Shown here in pieces: positions 1 to 34,207 of a stretch of DNA of 64,000 nucleotides (position 1 is the stretch's first letter; every line of letters begins with the position of its first letter). The notes beneath the pieces were generated by a model that was given only the letters and a program-made list of their open reading frames with translations, was not told the origin of the DNA and did not search any database. The DNA comes from Amoebidium appalachense (taxonomy: Eukaryota > Protista > Ichthyosporea). The translations under genes were made by a program, and so were the position numbers. The stretch covers positions 6,653,921 to 6,717,920 of the forward strand of contig CAVNZM010000011.1 of NCBI GenBank assembly GCA_963693365.1. The letters run 5' to 3'.

Positions 1-326
1 GGGGGGGGGGGGGGGGGGGGGGGGCAGATTGGGATGCAGACGGAAACATTTCTTGTGGAGGAGTTCTTTTTGGAGGCGTGTGCGTGGGTGGGTGGAAAGG
101 GGGGGAAGGGGGAGGCGGGAGAGGGGGGGGTGCTTGTGTGTGTGTGTGGGGGGGGGGGGGGGGGGGGGGGAGGGGGGGGGAAGGAGGAGTAGGGAGGGGA
201 GGACGGGGGCTGAATTTGGGGGGTGCTGGTAAGATGCAACATCTTTTAGTATGGGTGTGAGTGTCACGGTGATGGTGTGTGAGCGTGCGTAGGTGGGGGT
301 GGGTGGGTGTGTGTTTTGGGGGGGAT

Positions 327-372
<46 letters not shown>

Positions 373-515
373 TGGATGGATGTGGGTGTGGCTGGCATGC
401 TAGCATGACCTCCACAACATAGGGTACGTGTAGGTGGGAAACAAGGAGAGGATTGTCTGTTTCTTTTCATTTCTCTGCCCGTCTGTGAACGTAGTGTAAG
501 GGGAAATTCGCTCAG

Positions 516-546
<31 letters not shown>

Positions 547-792
547 GGAGGGGGGGGGGGGGGGGGGATGAGGGAGGGAGGGGAGGGGGATTTGTGGATG
601 GGGTTGAGGGGGCAGGGGGGGGGAGGACAGGGGGGGGGGGGGGGGCTGTGAAGATGACATGCAGGGAGTCTGGCTGCCAGGAGAATGTGTTGGTGTGTGT
701 GTGCGCGCCCTGTGTGTGTGTGTGTGTGTGTGTGTACGACGCGTAGGTGTGCTTACGGGTGTGTTGTGTGTTTTTGTTTTTCTTTTCTTTTC

Positions 793-853
<61 letters not shown>

Positions 854-954
854 GTGTATTTGTGGTGTATGTGTGTGGGTTGCGATTGGGGTTGGGGTTT
901 TTGGGGGGGGGGGGGGGGGGAGGGGGGGGGAGGGGGGGGGGGGGGGAGACTTAC

Positions 955-1026
955 ACGATGTCCTGTTATGCAGGTAATTGCGACGCAAGAAGTGGAGCAG
1001 AAGATGACGGTGGAAATGTAAACTGC
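955..1026 (-). other. possible 72-nt exon of an unidentified minus-strand gene continuing off the left edge
   Basis: Minus strand reads taag|GCAGTT...CATCGT|gtaagt, a perfect donor. One open frame is hydrophobic (AVYISTVIFCSTSCVAITCITGHR). Flanking G-runs on + match minus-gene polarity. No family recognised. Confidence 0.25.
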
Positions 1027-1589
1027 CTTATATGGAAACATAAATGGTTGTCATACCATATATGGTCGTGTATTCCGGCAACGTATTGGTGGATGTTTGT
1101 AGATGGGTTCCTCAAGCTAGCCGGGCCCTATCTGAGTAGCGTTGTTTGATTGGATGGAAGCTATGTGGCTGGTGGGATATATTTAGCGGGTTGCGTGCAA
1201 AAGCTTGTACATACACTGAAAATGCGGAGCAAGGATTTAGTGTTTTTGTCTTTTCTCTTTTCTACTTTCCTTTACTTTACTACCCATGATTTGAATCTTT
1301 TGATCTCGGGGACTTTGGTTCACTCGTGCTGCAGAGTGCTGTGTGTGTATTCGATCTCTGTGTACTTATTTCTTTTTTTTCTTTTTTTTCTTTTTTTTTT
1401 TTCTATTAGCGGGTTTGTTATTTTCTACCTAATTTGTTTTGTTTTTTAGTGATATAGATTGAGTCGATGGGGTGACGTTCCTTGCACGTAGTTGCTAATG
1501 GCTGTGTTGATTCGTGATTATTGACTTGCTACAAACACAAATAAGAAATGAAGAAAGCTAGCCACTGGTAACCTTGATCTTGCCTGCCT

Positions 1590-1632
<43 letters not shown>

Positions 1633-1799
1633 CCACCACCACCACCACCGAATCACCACCATCACCACCCACCACCACACACACACACACGCAAACACAC
1701 ACACACACCACACGCACACCCACCCACCCAGGAAGGAAACAGGGGGGGGGGGGGGGGGGGGGGGGGAGGACTCGAGCTCTTAAAGTTTCTGTGTGTGTT

Positions 1800-1838
<39 letters not shown>

Positions 1839-1899
1839 TTGTGTGCTGGGGCAAGAGCTCGAAGAAAATAAGAAGCCTGCGCGCCGGGGGGAGGGGGGG

Positions 1900-1960
<61 letters not shown>

Positions 1961-2840
1961 TTCAGAGTTGTCTTGAAACAGTCACAGTATTCGTACTGCA
2001 AGCGCTCAGCATCACCAGATATATGAATCCGAACACCCGAGGTTCTTGCCTATTACATGGTATTTCGTATGTACATATACTGCACGCAATTGCATGCCAA
2101 CGTACTACAGATTGTCTTTTCGTGATACTTCCAGTACAAATCTAATAAACAGCACATTCCCCTTCCAAATTTACTAGATTACGAATGTGATGACACCTAG
2201 CAATATATACAAGTATACACCATCACATATTTTTACAACATTTTGGGTCCGCAATTACGACTTTGAAGCATGTTCCGTACAAACCACAGCGAATGTTGAC
2301 ATTGCTAAGAATTTCCCGTCATAAATGCATCGGAAAAATTGAAGCTCGTTACATGCAGCAGGCCACATATAAACAAGAAACTACACCTTTATTTTGTATT
2401 TTCAAAAGTCTCTAGCCGATGTGTGTAAAATGTTTATGACGGTTGCTACTATAGATTTTATGAGAATGGTAGCAACGGCCCAAACAATTCAATGATAATG
2501 TACGGCCCATATTTACAGGCTGAAGGTGAGCTGTGATTACTGAATATGTTTTCGAGAATTATTCAAGTTAATTCACGGTTACTGTCTATGTACAACAAAA
2601 TCGACCTATTTACAATCCTATATACAAAGTACAAACGTTCCAAATCGTGAAATCTGCCGAACACAACTTCGTACACTAGATTCGAAAGCCCCCACCGGGG
2701 CTTTACTGGTTTTGAGAGTCCAAACACCAAAATTCCAAAAGTGAAGTCCGGTCAGTAGCGGTGTTTGTGTGCTTGTGTGCTTGGTTTTTTTGTGTGTATG
2801 TGTCTGTGTACAAGTGTTGTGTGTGTGTGTGTGTGTTTGT

Positions 2841-2881
<41 letters not shown>

Positions 2882-2887
2882 ACGGCA

Positions 2888-2967
<80 letters not shown>

Positions 2968-3092
2968 ATGCAAGTGCATTTGTGTCCGCGCGCGTCCGAA
3001 TGCATGTCCCATTTTCCCCAGCTGAATGTTTATCTGTGCTCGTGCATGGGGTGTGTCCACGCGCATTCAAAGCACATTCCCCCGATCGGATC

Positions 3093-16741
<13,649 letters not shown>

Positions 16742-17464
16742 CTGCATAAACATAAAATATAAATTGATTATTAAAAGTTATGTTATATTAAGAGTGAAAT
16801 TCATATGTTTGTATGCTATTGGAAATCTATGTTTGATACTTTTATTTTAGATGTACGAGGTGCCACTAGATGACAATCATACATACACACACTGGTATAG
16901 GGGGGGTTATGCTGGAGTGCACAGACCGAGATTGCAAGATTTTAAAATCTATATTTTTTTGTTCAGCATTCAGCTTGCAAGATTTCTATTGAAGATGGAA
17001 GCCAGAGATTGTTACCGACTGTGTCTTGTTGTTCTGCTTTTGCTATCGTGTGTGCATGGATGGGCATATATGGCACAGATATTCGCGTAAAGAAAAGGAT
17101 GTGTTGAGATCAGGATGAAACAATTGTGAGTGCGGCTGTGTACCGTGTGAGTGTGTGTTTGTGTGTGCGCGCGCACATGCCTGCGTGTGAGTTTGCACGG
17201 GTGTGTATCTGTGTGTGTGTGTATCGATATCTGTGTGTGTGTGCGAGCGTGTGTGTGTGCGTGTATTTGTGTGTGTGTTTTTGTGTGTGGGTGTGTGTGT
17301 GAGTGGGTAGGTGGGTAGGTGGGTGGGTGGGGGTCTCTCTGTATGTATCTGTGTGTGTGTGGGTGTGTGTGCGTGCGTGCATTTGTGTGTGTGTGTGCGT
17401 GTGGGTGTGTGGGTGGGTGGGTGGGTGGGGTCTGTGTGTGTGTGTGTATTTCTCTCTCTCTCTC

Positions 17465-17503
<39 letters not shown>

Positions 17504-17698
17504 CGCATTTGTGTGTGTGTGTGCGTGCGTGCGTGTGTGCGTGCGTGCGTGTGTGCGTGTGTGCCTGCCTGCATGGATGCGTGCGTGCCTGCATGTATGC
17601 GTGCGTGCCTGCATGCGTGCATGTATGCGTGCATCCGTGCATGTGTGTGGCATGTGTGTTGTGTGTGTTTGTAGTAGTACCACGGTCACCGTGCTCAG

Positions 17699-17755
<57 letters not shown>

Positions 17756-19316
17756 TGTTTGTGTACACAGCCACATGGGCACCCATCCGTCCACTTTGTA
17801 TACAATTCTCCCTGCTTACACCGTATTATTCATATGCTCAGAATCTGATCTAGACTGGAAGAAACATACACCGAAAAATAATGGGCTTTTAAAGAGTTTG
17901 AATTAACGTACCGTCGTGTATGGTCGGGGCGTGAGGTACACTGCAGCAGATGGCGTGGCGGCAAGGGCCAATGTAACCATGCCTACACACAGGAGGCCGG
18001 GGCTTCCGCTTTTGTGTCTTTTCGCCATGTTAACAGACAGCCGTTCCCGGGTGTATTTGTTTTTTAAGGAGCAACACCGTACTTGTTATTATGATTTTGT
18101 GTTTCTTGAGTTCGATTGTCACGAAATATTCACAGGCATGTGTGTGGTACGCCGTCGGTGAGAGGTGTAGAGCTTGGGGCCCCGGCCATGGGTTTTTTTT
18201 TAACTAGGGCTTGGGCTATAGTACGCTCGTATTTGTTCAGAGAGCAATGCACTGACCAAACATACGTCGTGGTTGCATCCACCCACCCTTGTATATCTAT
18301 TTGCAAGGTGGTGCAAACGAGGTACGGCTTAGCTATAGTGTGTGCTCGCGCAGCTAGTAATCAAGGATACAACGACGGTCACCATAAACTACCTTGAAAA
18401 GTCTTCTCTCGAGAATCTAAAATTGAAGTTATGGGATGTGGGTTTTCATGACCCTCGCTGTGTATGTGTGTGTCACCTTTTTGCATGAACCTGCAGTAAT
18501 TGAAGGAGTCGAGGTCTTTGTGATTGAAGACTTCTCTTTGCAAATAACTTTGCTGTGGTTCAGTTGTTTGAGCGAGATCGGTATCACCTTTCCCTTCTCT
18601 TCTATTTGCGTAAATGATGGTCCTTGGGTGTAGCAGTCTTGTTACTCATTGTTGTTGTTCACAGCCAAAACCACAGCTTTACTTAGGGTGATCTGTATGT
18701 GATTCAGTGGTCCATTATTAAGATCATCATGGAGGGGGACTACAGTACATACGTGTGAAAAGCAGTACTGGCATATATAGGTTTGAAACCCTGAGAAACC
18801 AGGTACTAGAGAGTGAAAAAAAGTAGATAACGGACTGACCAGTACATATCCGCTAGAACTGATGATTATAGGGAATTATTTATGCAATACTAGAAATATA
18901 ATTGGAGTACAGCACTCATCTACTATTAGTTGTGCGGCCACAGATTCCGGTGGATCACGAAATCCGCGTACAAGATACCCTTCGTGTTCCAAAGATACCA
19001 GCATCATAGCTGGCCAATCACAATCGGCTGCTGTCAAAATACACATCCAATCAAACGGTACAAGTTTCCCGCCAAAACTGATATGGTGCGAGATTGCGTA
19101 TTTTGGTTGGTCAAACTAAATCTGAGTAACATCTGATTCGCTCCCTGGAGATCGCTACACGCTGTTGGAATGCCACTTGCGGGATTGGGAGACCACCGAC
19201 TCACCGATCGCGAGCAAGGTGTCAATACATATGACTGCTACGTCTAGAACTTCTCTCTGTTTTTAAGCCTTATATTAGAATACGGCTCCCTCAAACATTT
19301 TTTTCTTTACTTTACT

Positions 19317-19349
<33 letters not shown>

Positions 19350-20719
19350 TTTTTTTTCTTTTTACAGTAGCACCGCCCCGAGGCTCCCCACAGCAACGTG
19401 CACGTGCACAGTCTTCATTAAAATCCTATATTTAGGTATTCAAGACCGCCAGCCCAAAACAAAAAACAACGTAACCTGCAAAATGATAAAGTCAACCAGC
19501 CTCTGGCCATGGGGACAGCGTACACACCATGTATGGGCAGTTATTGCAAATGATTCATCTCTTATAATAATATTATGTACATGTAAACGGCACAGGTACC
19601 GTGTCACCCGTGACTAATCTTAGGGTGTCGTGGGATGTGTGCGTGTGTGTTTGTGTGTATGTGTGTTGGGGGAGGGCGGGGGAGGGGGGGGGGGGGGGCA
19701 ATAGCGTTTAACCCCTCCCCCCACCCCCCTCCCCCTCTCCCGGCCAAATTTCCGGAGCTGCAGCTGTCTCCCGGAGTCCCCCTCTCCTCCCGGGCCCCGT
19801 CCCTCCTCCCTATTGTGGGTCGATTTGTCACCTAATGTTAGCTAGGCCTGCAGCTGGGGGTAGCTAGCTAAGTGTACGCTAAGACCTCGTTATCTTTATC
19901 TAATCAATTCCTATTATTATGTGTATTTTGAAACCTCCCCTTTCCCCCCTCCCTCCTCCCCCTCGCCCCCCGCCTCCCCCCTCCCATAATCCTAGTGTCC
20001 TTCCCCCCCTCCCCCCCCCCCCCCCCCCCCCCCCCCCCCACGCCCTCCTCCCCCCCCCCCCCCCCTCCCCCCACCTACCCCGGTGCCTCTCCCTCTCTCT
20101 CCCTCCCCACTCCTCCCCTCCCCCTGCCCCACTCCCCCCCTCCCCCCTATCCCACCCCACCCCAAATATCCACTCCTCCCATGCTATGGTTTTGGCGAAT
20201 GAAGCATGCACGTGCAGTACATGTAGCAGTCTAATTTCCGGTGCACGTGGTATGGGAAGATTGCCACGTCTTTCTGTGGCTGTTTTTTTTTATCCCGTTT
20301 TGCTCCCCCCTAGGCGGCCTCATGCATACGAACTACCGTCTTCCGTACAGCACCGACTGTACCCTAGTTCGATAGGGTGCAAACACTAAAGGTGCCATCA
20401 GCTAAGCTAACACACTGTTACCAAACCTAACTACTAGTACACACTGTGCACAGGGCTTACTACACCCCAGCCGCGTCACCGGTGAAAGGTGCAGATGCCT
20501 AATCTTCATGCAGCAAATTAATGACTAATATTAACATGAAGTGTTACACGTATGAAAAAGCTGGTAGTTATTTGTCACGTTGTCACATGTACACAGTCGT
20601 CCTGCTACTGGCCTTGCCCCCCCCCCCCCCCCCCCCCCCTCCCCCGGGCACCCCACCAATACCCCCCCCCCCCCCCCCCCCCAAAGTTTGTGTGGCTGTG
20701 TGCAACACCGTGTGTGTGC

Positions 20720-20783
<64 letters not shown>

Positions 20784-21234
20784 GCGAGTGCGTGTGCGTG
20801 ACACTGTGTGTGTACGTGTGTGTGTGTGCATGTGTGTTTGTGCATGTGTGCGTGTGTGTACACGTGTGCATGTGTGTGGTTGGGTGTATCTGGGTGTGAG
20901 TGTGCGCGGACAAAGAAGGATATTATTCACGCACATGCATGTGTATGCGCATTCGTGTGCGTCACGGTGGTTGTGGGGTGGGGTGGGGTGGGGGCGCAAC
21001 GGGGGGAAAAAGGCGGGGGGGGGGGGGGGGGGGGGATGGCTTGCTAGTTTTCTTCTCCGTCTAAAAGAGATTTTACATTCTACGATGATCATCCAAGTTA
21101 TTGACACGGGGACAGGTTCGCTAACATCTTCGGTGCATAAAATGCAGCCAGGCGTATACGGGTTTAACTTTTCGTTCGAGGGCTCCCCCCTGCCTGCCAG
21201 TGGGGAGGGGCCCCGGGTGGGTGGGTGGGGGGAT

Positions 21235-21269
<35 letters not shown>

Positions 21270-21551
21270 TGGGCACGGAGAGGGATTTCAATTTGCACGG
21301 ATTAGTATTGGCCGTGACGTTTTTGTGGATTTTCTGTGGGGCTGTAAGGGGTAGTGGGCAGGAGAAGGGGGTGGAAACTGGATGGGTATTGCTATCCATG
21401 TACTGCTGGTATGCAGAAAAAACAAGACCACGAGATCTCATTTTTCTCGATGGATGTGTCTTGATGCATATGCATGTCACCACGTGTGTGTACACATGCA
21501 TGCAATTAGGCCCGTGTAGGATGTAAGGAAATGACTCGTACGTAAGGCTTT

Positions 21552-21590
<39 letters not shown>

Positions 21591-21703
21591 TCCGAAAAAA
21601 AAAAAAAAAAAAAAAAAAAAAAGACGTTGGCATTGAGCTCATTTTGACACGATCGGTGATTGTAGAACCGAGTCTTGACTGACAGCTTTTTTTTTTTTTT
21701 TTT

Positions 21704-21753
<50 letters not shown>

Positions 21754-21756
21754 CCG

Positions 21757-21789
<33 letters not shown>

Positions 21790-21851
21790 CGTTGGCATTG
21801 AGCTCATTTTGACACGATCGGTGATTGTAGAACCGAGTCTTGACTGACAGC
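21591..21851. repeat. tandem duplication of a TCCG-(A)n-64-bp core-(T)n unit
   Basis: Cores 21623-21686 and 21788-21851 are identical; only the flanking homopolymer lengths differ. Confidence 0.9.
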
Positions 21852-21876
21852 TTTTTTTTTTTTTTTTTTTTGGGTT

Positions 21877-21921
<45 letters not shown>

Positions 21922-22616
21922 AGAGGGGGATGACAGGTGGTCGGAGGCTCTTACATAATGCTGGCTTGATGATTTCAGACTTCGAACGAGTGTAATTGTT
22001 TATGTACACGATACCTTTGTGTGTACTTCTTTGGTGACTTGTCGTTGTGCTTGCTCCCTCGTTTTTTCTCTCTGAGCACACGAGGTGGCAAGAGAAAAGT
22101 TACCTGTAACCCTAAAGGCGGGATGCCTTTGTCTTTCCTTTGCTGTCAACACAACACGAGGTATTGAAAGAGAAAGGAAAAAAAGGCCACACGTGCATGA
22201 ATTTAACTCTCGGAACATATAAATTTACACGGGATCAAGTCAGTGAGTAGATTAACCGGCAGCTAAACACACATCAGTACGCACACACAACCAAACGCAC
22301 TGTACTCTCTTCCTTAAATGTTTAGAAAGCACAATCACAAAAGCGATTATTTGCACGTTCCACTCGAAAGACGGGTGACATAAATATATTTGGCAGAACA
22401 CAGAATTCAACAGGGGATAATTCACTGTAAATGAACTAGCTAGCTACACATCACTACACACAGAAAACAAAACACACTGCATTCTCTTCCCTTCATTCAA
22501 CAAAAAAGCGAAAATATGTAGATAGGACGTTTGAATAACATTCGTTTATCATAACGACAACAGCACAAAACAGCCTCGCATTTAAAAATATCCAAGTATT
22601 TCACACATTCTTCACA

Positions 22617-28754
<6,138 letters not shown>

Positions 28755-28896
28755 CCGATACAGGCATTGCTATTTTTACTCATTGTATGCTTCGAATTCG
28801 GACTGGGTATACTGACTTCTTTTGAAGAACGTTTTGTGTTTTATCTCAGAGTTTCAGTGTTCAACATAATTATTATTTGATTTTAACTTTTTTTTT

Positions 28897-28944
<48 letters not shown>

Positions 28945-29483
28945 TTTCTCAAAGTTGAAAAAGAGAGGATGCTTGAAAGGTGGGAAGATTATCGCAGCTA
29001 CCTTTTCAATTATTTCAGTTTTTTAAAAAGGTTCCTTTTCTTTTCCTTTTTCTTCGGCAGCCTTTCTTTTTAAAGGGGCCGGACTGAACTTTCGAAGCAA
29101 AGCGATTGATCACGTGCCTCTCCTGTCTTCCAATGAGATGTATATCATAAGAGTACATATTCCTACGTTATTTATTGTTTTATAATATTCTTATCTTCCT
29201 GAGATTAAGTTAGCTTTGAACCACTATATATCTCACACGTCCCGATCGAGAGATTTAGTTTCAATGATTTTTTTTAAAATCATTGAACGAGAAATACCGT
29301 TGGTCATGAGACTGCGATACTGTATATATGATCTCTTTTTCGTGTCCGGCCTTGAGCTACTACAGTACTGTACACCAATAAAGTAAATGGAGAAAAAAGT
29401 ATTTTCTTTAGTACGACGGCTGGAGAGGCCGGCGCAGTCAAAACGTCGCAGGGAATTCCGTGCTTGAGGGAGGGCTTACAGCA

Positions 29484-29603
29484 TTTTCCAGCACGGCCAC
29501 ACACTAGACGAGGGGCGCCCCGAGCTACATATACACCGTATTTTTTTCCAGCACGGCCACACACTAGACGAGGGGCGCCCCGAGCTACATATACACCGTA
29601 TTT
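29484..29603. repeat. perfect 60-bp tandem duplication
   Basis: 29484-29543 is identical to 29544-29603. Confidence 0.95.
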
Positions 29604-31276
29604 ACAGGATAAGTATACACCCATGACTCGTTTGGGTGGGAGTCTAGATAGGAAAGCTAAAGCTAGAACTACCAAATCAAATTGAGCCGAATTCAGAAGA
29701 AAATCTATTACAGAGAACCCCTCCAAGTGGGGGGAGTCTGCCGGCAGGGCATCTATGTACATAGCTACGAAAGACGGAGTTTTTGCCCCAGCCTCGCTAG
29801 TGGGGAGGATCCAAACTGTATTTCTATTCGTGTCTGATACACGAACAAGCTAAGAATTACAAAATGAAAGAAAGAAAGAAAAAAAGAAAAAGAATAAAAA
29901 GAAAAAAAAGAAACATGGGTGAGCCCTACCAGCCATATCTCAGAACTTCGATGTCAACGAAACAGTCAGCAACGGAAAAATTGCCTAACTTAGACAGTAT
30001 CGCGCTATATTTTGAAATCTCCTATTTATGCTCATGATATATTTATATATGTTATATCTCTAGTCTGTTTTAAAAGCAATTAGTATGTGTTATATTTTGG
30101 TTAGCAAATTTCATTAGCTTTGTGAAAGCTCTACCCTTTCAGCTGATGCCGATTTTCCATGTTCTTGTTTCATGGTGCGTCACCAGGGTGTTTTATTCTC
30201 AACCATCTACGAACCAACTCGTCGTCTTTTGCGCTAGTCAGTGGTTTTTACACACAAGACTGTGTGTTGAGGGTGGCAAGGGGGAGGGAGGGGGGAGGGG
30301 GGGGGGGGGGGGGGGGGAGGGGGGAGGGTTGCTCTTGTGGGCAGCTGTGATTGAAGCTTTAGGGTGCATGTCAAGGCCATGCATAGGCTTTGTGTGAGTA
30401 TACATGTCTGGTCAAACAGACGGTTCGATATTGCTGTTGAAGTACTAGTGGCAGGCAGCCAATATGAACTTTGACTGGTTAACGTTTGTGACGCCGCATG
30501 GATCTTTCGGTGTGTGCACGTATTGACGTAGGGCGTAGAGTTTGGGGTGGGTGGGTGGGTGGGGGGGGGGGGGGGGGGGGGGGGGGGAGGGGGGGGGGGG
30601 GGGAGGTGACAGGGGTTGTGAAAGGGAACTGGTAATCACTGCGACTCTGCCTTTATGGGCTGCAGTCGACCTGTTGATGTTGACTCTAGGGAGGTCTGCT
30701 TTACCCATTCGCAAAACATGAAGGCTGTCGCAGTCAGACGTGAGAGTCTCCACGCGGGCGGCAGCCCATCAAAATTCACGGTGTTAATGCATATGCATTG
30801 AGTCCGAATAAATGTGTCTTGGATGGCTGAAAACTTCGGCGAGATATATTTAAAGACTGTCCCCAGTTTTCTCCCTAAATTTGGGGTCCGTTTCGTCACA
30901 ATTCAATGAACAGGCTTCTGTCTTTCCATGCCTTAGAGAACCTAGGGAGCGCAGCGAAGGAAGGCGGGGAAGGAGGAGGGGGGGGGGGGGGGAGGATGTT
31001 TTCCTCCTGGTCTTCCCAAGCCCCCGGGGCTTGGTCCGGCCCTACCCAACCAAAATACTACCAAATCCTCCAAAAAGAACCAATTGAAGATTAAGTTACG
31101 TGCAGCCTAGAGACACATGTGTCCTTTGCCGGCAAGACGCACATCCCCACACGGGCAGGCTAGACACTCATATCTGCATCAAAGATGATTGTTTACCCAC
31201 TCAACTTGGCCATTACTGAGTTATCATAATTAAACCTGTCCGATGATTTCGGCTGTGAAACCTGGTCCAATCCCCT

Positions 31277-31308
<32 letters not shown>

Positions 31309-31474
31309 ACAAAAAAAAAAAACAAAAAAACAAAAAACAAAAAAAAAAAAAACCTGTGTTGTTCAATCCCTTCCTCCCTCCCTTCCCCCCCCACACCCAC
31401 CTACCCACACAATTGCACATGTACCAGTGATACGGTGTGCGTGCATCGTTTACCCTTTCTGAGCCCTCCCCCCA

Positions 31475-31523
<49 letters not shown>

Positions 31524-32302
31524 AAAAAAAAAAAAAAAGAGCCCATGCCACCTCGTCGGAAACACACGCACAAACACAACATACACTTCTATTCGTTTTT
31601 GTTACCTATGTGTCTAGATATTACTTAGACTAGTATGATGATTCTAGATATGATTTAGATAATATTTTCATATTACAGATAATAATCCTTAACAAGCATA
31701 CTTACGTTATCCCCTTTCCTCTCCCTTCCTTTCTCCATCTATTTCTGGCCGGCTATACAAGCCTAATCCTTCCCCCTTCCCCCTTCTACGTTGCATCCAT
31801 ATGCATAACTACACAGACACACACACAGACACACACACACACGTCCCTCCCCTCTCCCCTCCCCCTCCCCCCCTCCCCCCTCCTCCCGGCCCCACACACA
31901 CACGCACCAAAGCACACACACCTCCTCTCCCCTCGCCCCCACGCCCTCCTATACACACACACAGTTGCCCACACACGGACGCATTTGCGTGTATACAAAG
32001 ACACACATACACACCCCACACACTAACCCAAACACGCACACACACACACAACCCCCTCACACACACACACACCCTACACACATACATATCTTCCCCCCCT
32101 CCTCCCCGCTCCCCCCCCCCCCCCCCCCCCCCCCCACACACACACACCCATCCTCCCCCCCAACACACACACACACCCATCCCCACCCCCCAACACACAC
32201 ACACACACACACACACACGTCCACACCTCCCCAACCCTCACACCAGAGAGACATACACATCTCTCCCCCCCCTCCTCCCACACACACACCCACCCCACCC
32301 CA

Positions 32303-32335
<33 letters not shown>

Positions 32336-32341
32336 AAACAC

Positions 32342-32425
<84 letters not shown>

Positions 32426-32439
32426 GCACACTCAAGCAG

Positions 32440-32514
32440 CTTTGCCTGCGGGTCGATAATGAGGTAGCCGTAGTTGTCTTCGAGAAGGGGAATAACACGT
32501 ACTGTGAACGCCAT
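32440..32514 (-). pseudogene. HAGH: isolated N-terminal fragment of hydroxyacylglutathione hydrolase (glyoxalase II)
   Basis: caaccATGG start; MAFTVRVIPLLEDNYGYLIIDPQ matches the glyoxalase II N-terminal IP.L.DNY.YLI.D motif. No downstream THxHxDH exon found in the window. Confidence 0.65.
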
Positions 32515-33004
32515 GGTTGAAAGAAAGAAAACAGCCCTTGTTTTATTGTCTTAATATTGAAGAAACACTACAGGCCTTACTGATGAACATGTCACGGCTC
32601 AGTGACTGACAGTGAGCCTCGGCAAGACAAAAAAAAAAAAAAAAAAAAGAGGAGGGGGGGGGGGGGGGGGGGGGGAGGAGAGGGGGGGAGATACGTGAGA
32701 TTATCAGTGTTAGGTATTTATGATCCACACCTCTGGCTCCATACCTACAATAGTATCTTATGTCAATCCCCCCCCCCCCCCCCCTCCCCCCTCCGGGGGG
32801 GCCGGCCCCCACCCCATAGGCCACTCCCCTTTCCCTCCCCTCCCTCCCGCCTCCTACACACACACACACACATACACCACCTTGCCCTTTCATTCACTGC
32901 CTACCCCCAGCTCTGAACAAACACTTATAACCTCACCCCTCCCCTTCACACACCACAACCTTGTGCGTGCGTGATTGTGTGTGCGCGCGCAATCATATCA
33001 TGAA

Positions 33005-33036
<32 letters not shown>

Positions 33037-33180
33037 CACACACGCACACACACGCACACGCACACGCACACACACACGCATACATGCACACGCGCGCGCA
33101 CACACACACACACATACGTACACACGTACACACCTACACACTGCACAAACAAACACCCACACCCACCCACCCACCCACAC

Positions 33181-33262
<82 letters not shown>

Positions 33263-33285
33263 GCATGCACGCACGTTCACACTGG

Positions 33286-33375
<90 letters not shown>

Positions 33376-34176
33376 CCGGCATCCGCACCCTCGAACAACT
33401 TGCCCAAGTGCCTTCTCTAACACCAGCCCAGAAAATCGGCCTTAATACGTACACGAATTTGAGGAGTTGATAGACAGGGACGAGATATCCAGACTGCGGG
33501 TGCGTGCAGATGTAGTCGAGACATATCCTCATAGATGTATATCAAATCATGATCATTGAAACTATAAGAGGGGTGCAATTATCTCTTATGAATACGTAAA
33601 ATGTCCTACAATTCCTGTTTGCTCGATTTTGGCACCACTTTCATGTTCGAAATTACAAGGAAAGAGCTGGCACGTGCATATTCTAATTAGATGTCCACAC
33701 AACATGCTTGTTGACAAAGATTCACCCCCCCCCCCCCCTTCCCCCCCCTCCCTTCCCCTCCCCGTTCTTGACACCACACTCAGTGGGTGGGTGGGTGGGT
33801 GGGTGGGGGGAAGGGGGGAAAAACAAAAATGAGCATGGATACTAAACAAAAGGATGTTTCTTGTTGGTGCGAGGGCGGGCGCGGGGGGAGGGGGGGGGGG
33901 GGGGGGGGGGGGGGCTGACGGCAGGCCGGTGGGGTGTAGTTGAATGTGGATGAGCTGAGAGGGATTTTCTACCCCTTCCATACCCTCCCCCTCCCCCTGC
34001 CCAACACACACACACACACACCTCTACCAATTATCATGAATTCCCCACGATCGAGCCCTCCATTTGATTGGTGGGTTCGACAAAACCATCACGTGAGAAA
34101 TCTGCGGATCCGCCGTGGGAGACCGCTGTCCGGGGTGGGTGATTCCTCCTTCCCCTTTTCCCTCTTCCCCCAGCCC

Positions 34177-34207
<31 letters not shown>

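Noticed and set aside
16995-17090. Short + strand ORF resembling a signal peptide (MEARDCYRLCLVVLLLLSCVHG)
   Set aside because: It stops after 31 codons, the possible splice to 17771 gives no recognisable protein, and it is on the wrong strand to be the GH114 leader.
18862-19225. Complex-looking sequence with overlapping short ORFs
   Set aside because: No recognisable motif or consistent splice structure in any frame.
30373-30393. CAAGGCC...GGCTTTG near-palindrome like the micro-transposons
   Set aside because: Imperfect right end and no flanking target-site duplication.
30445-31260. Possible downstream glyoxalase II exons or upstream pol beta exons
   Set aside because: Neither THxHxDH nor helix-hairpin-helix (LPGIG) motifs were found on either strand.
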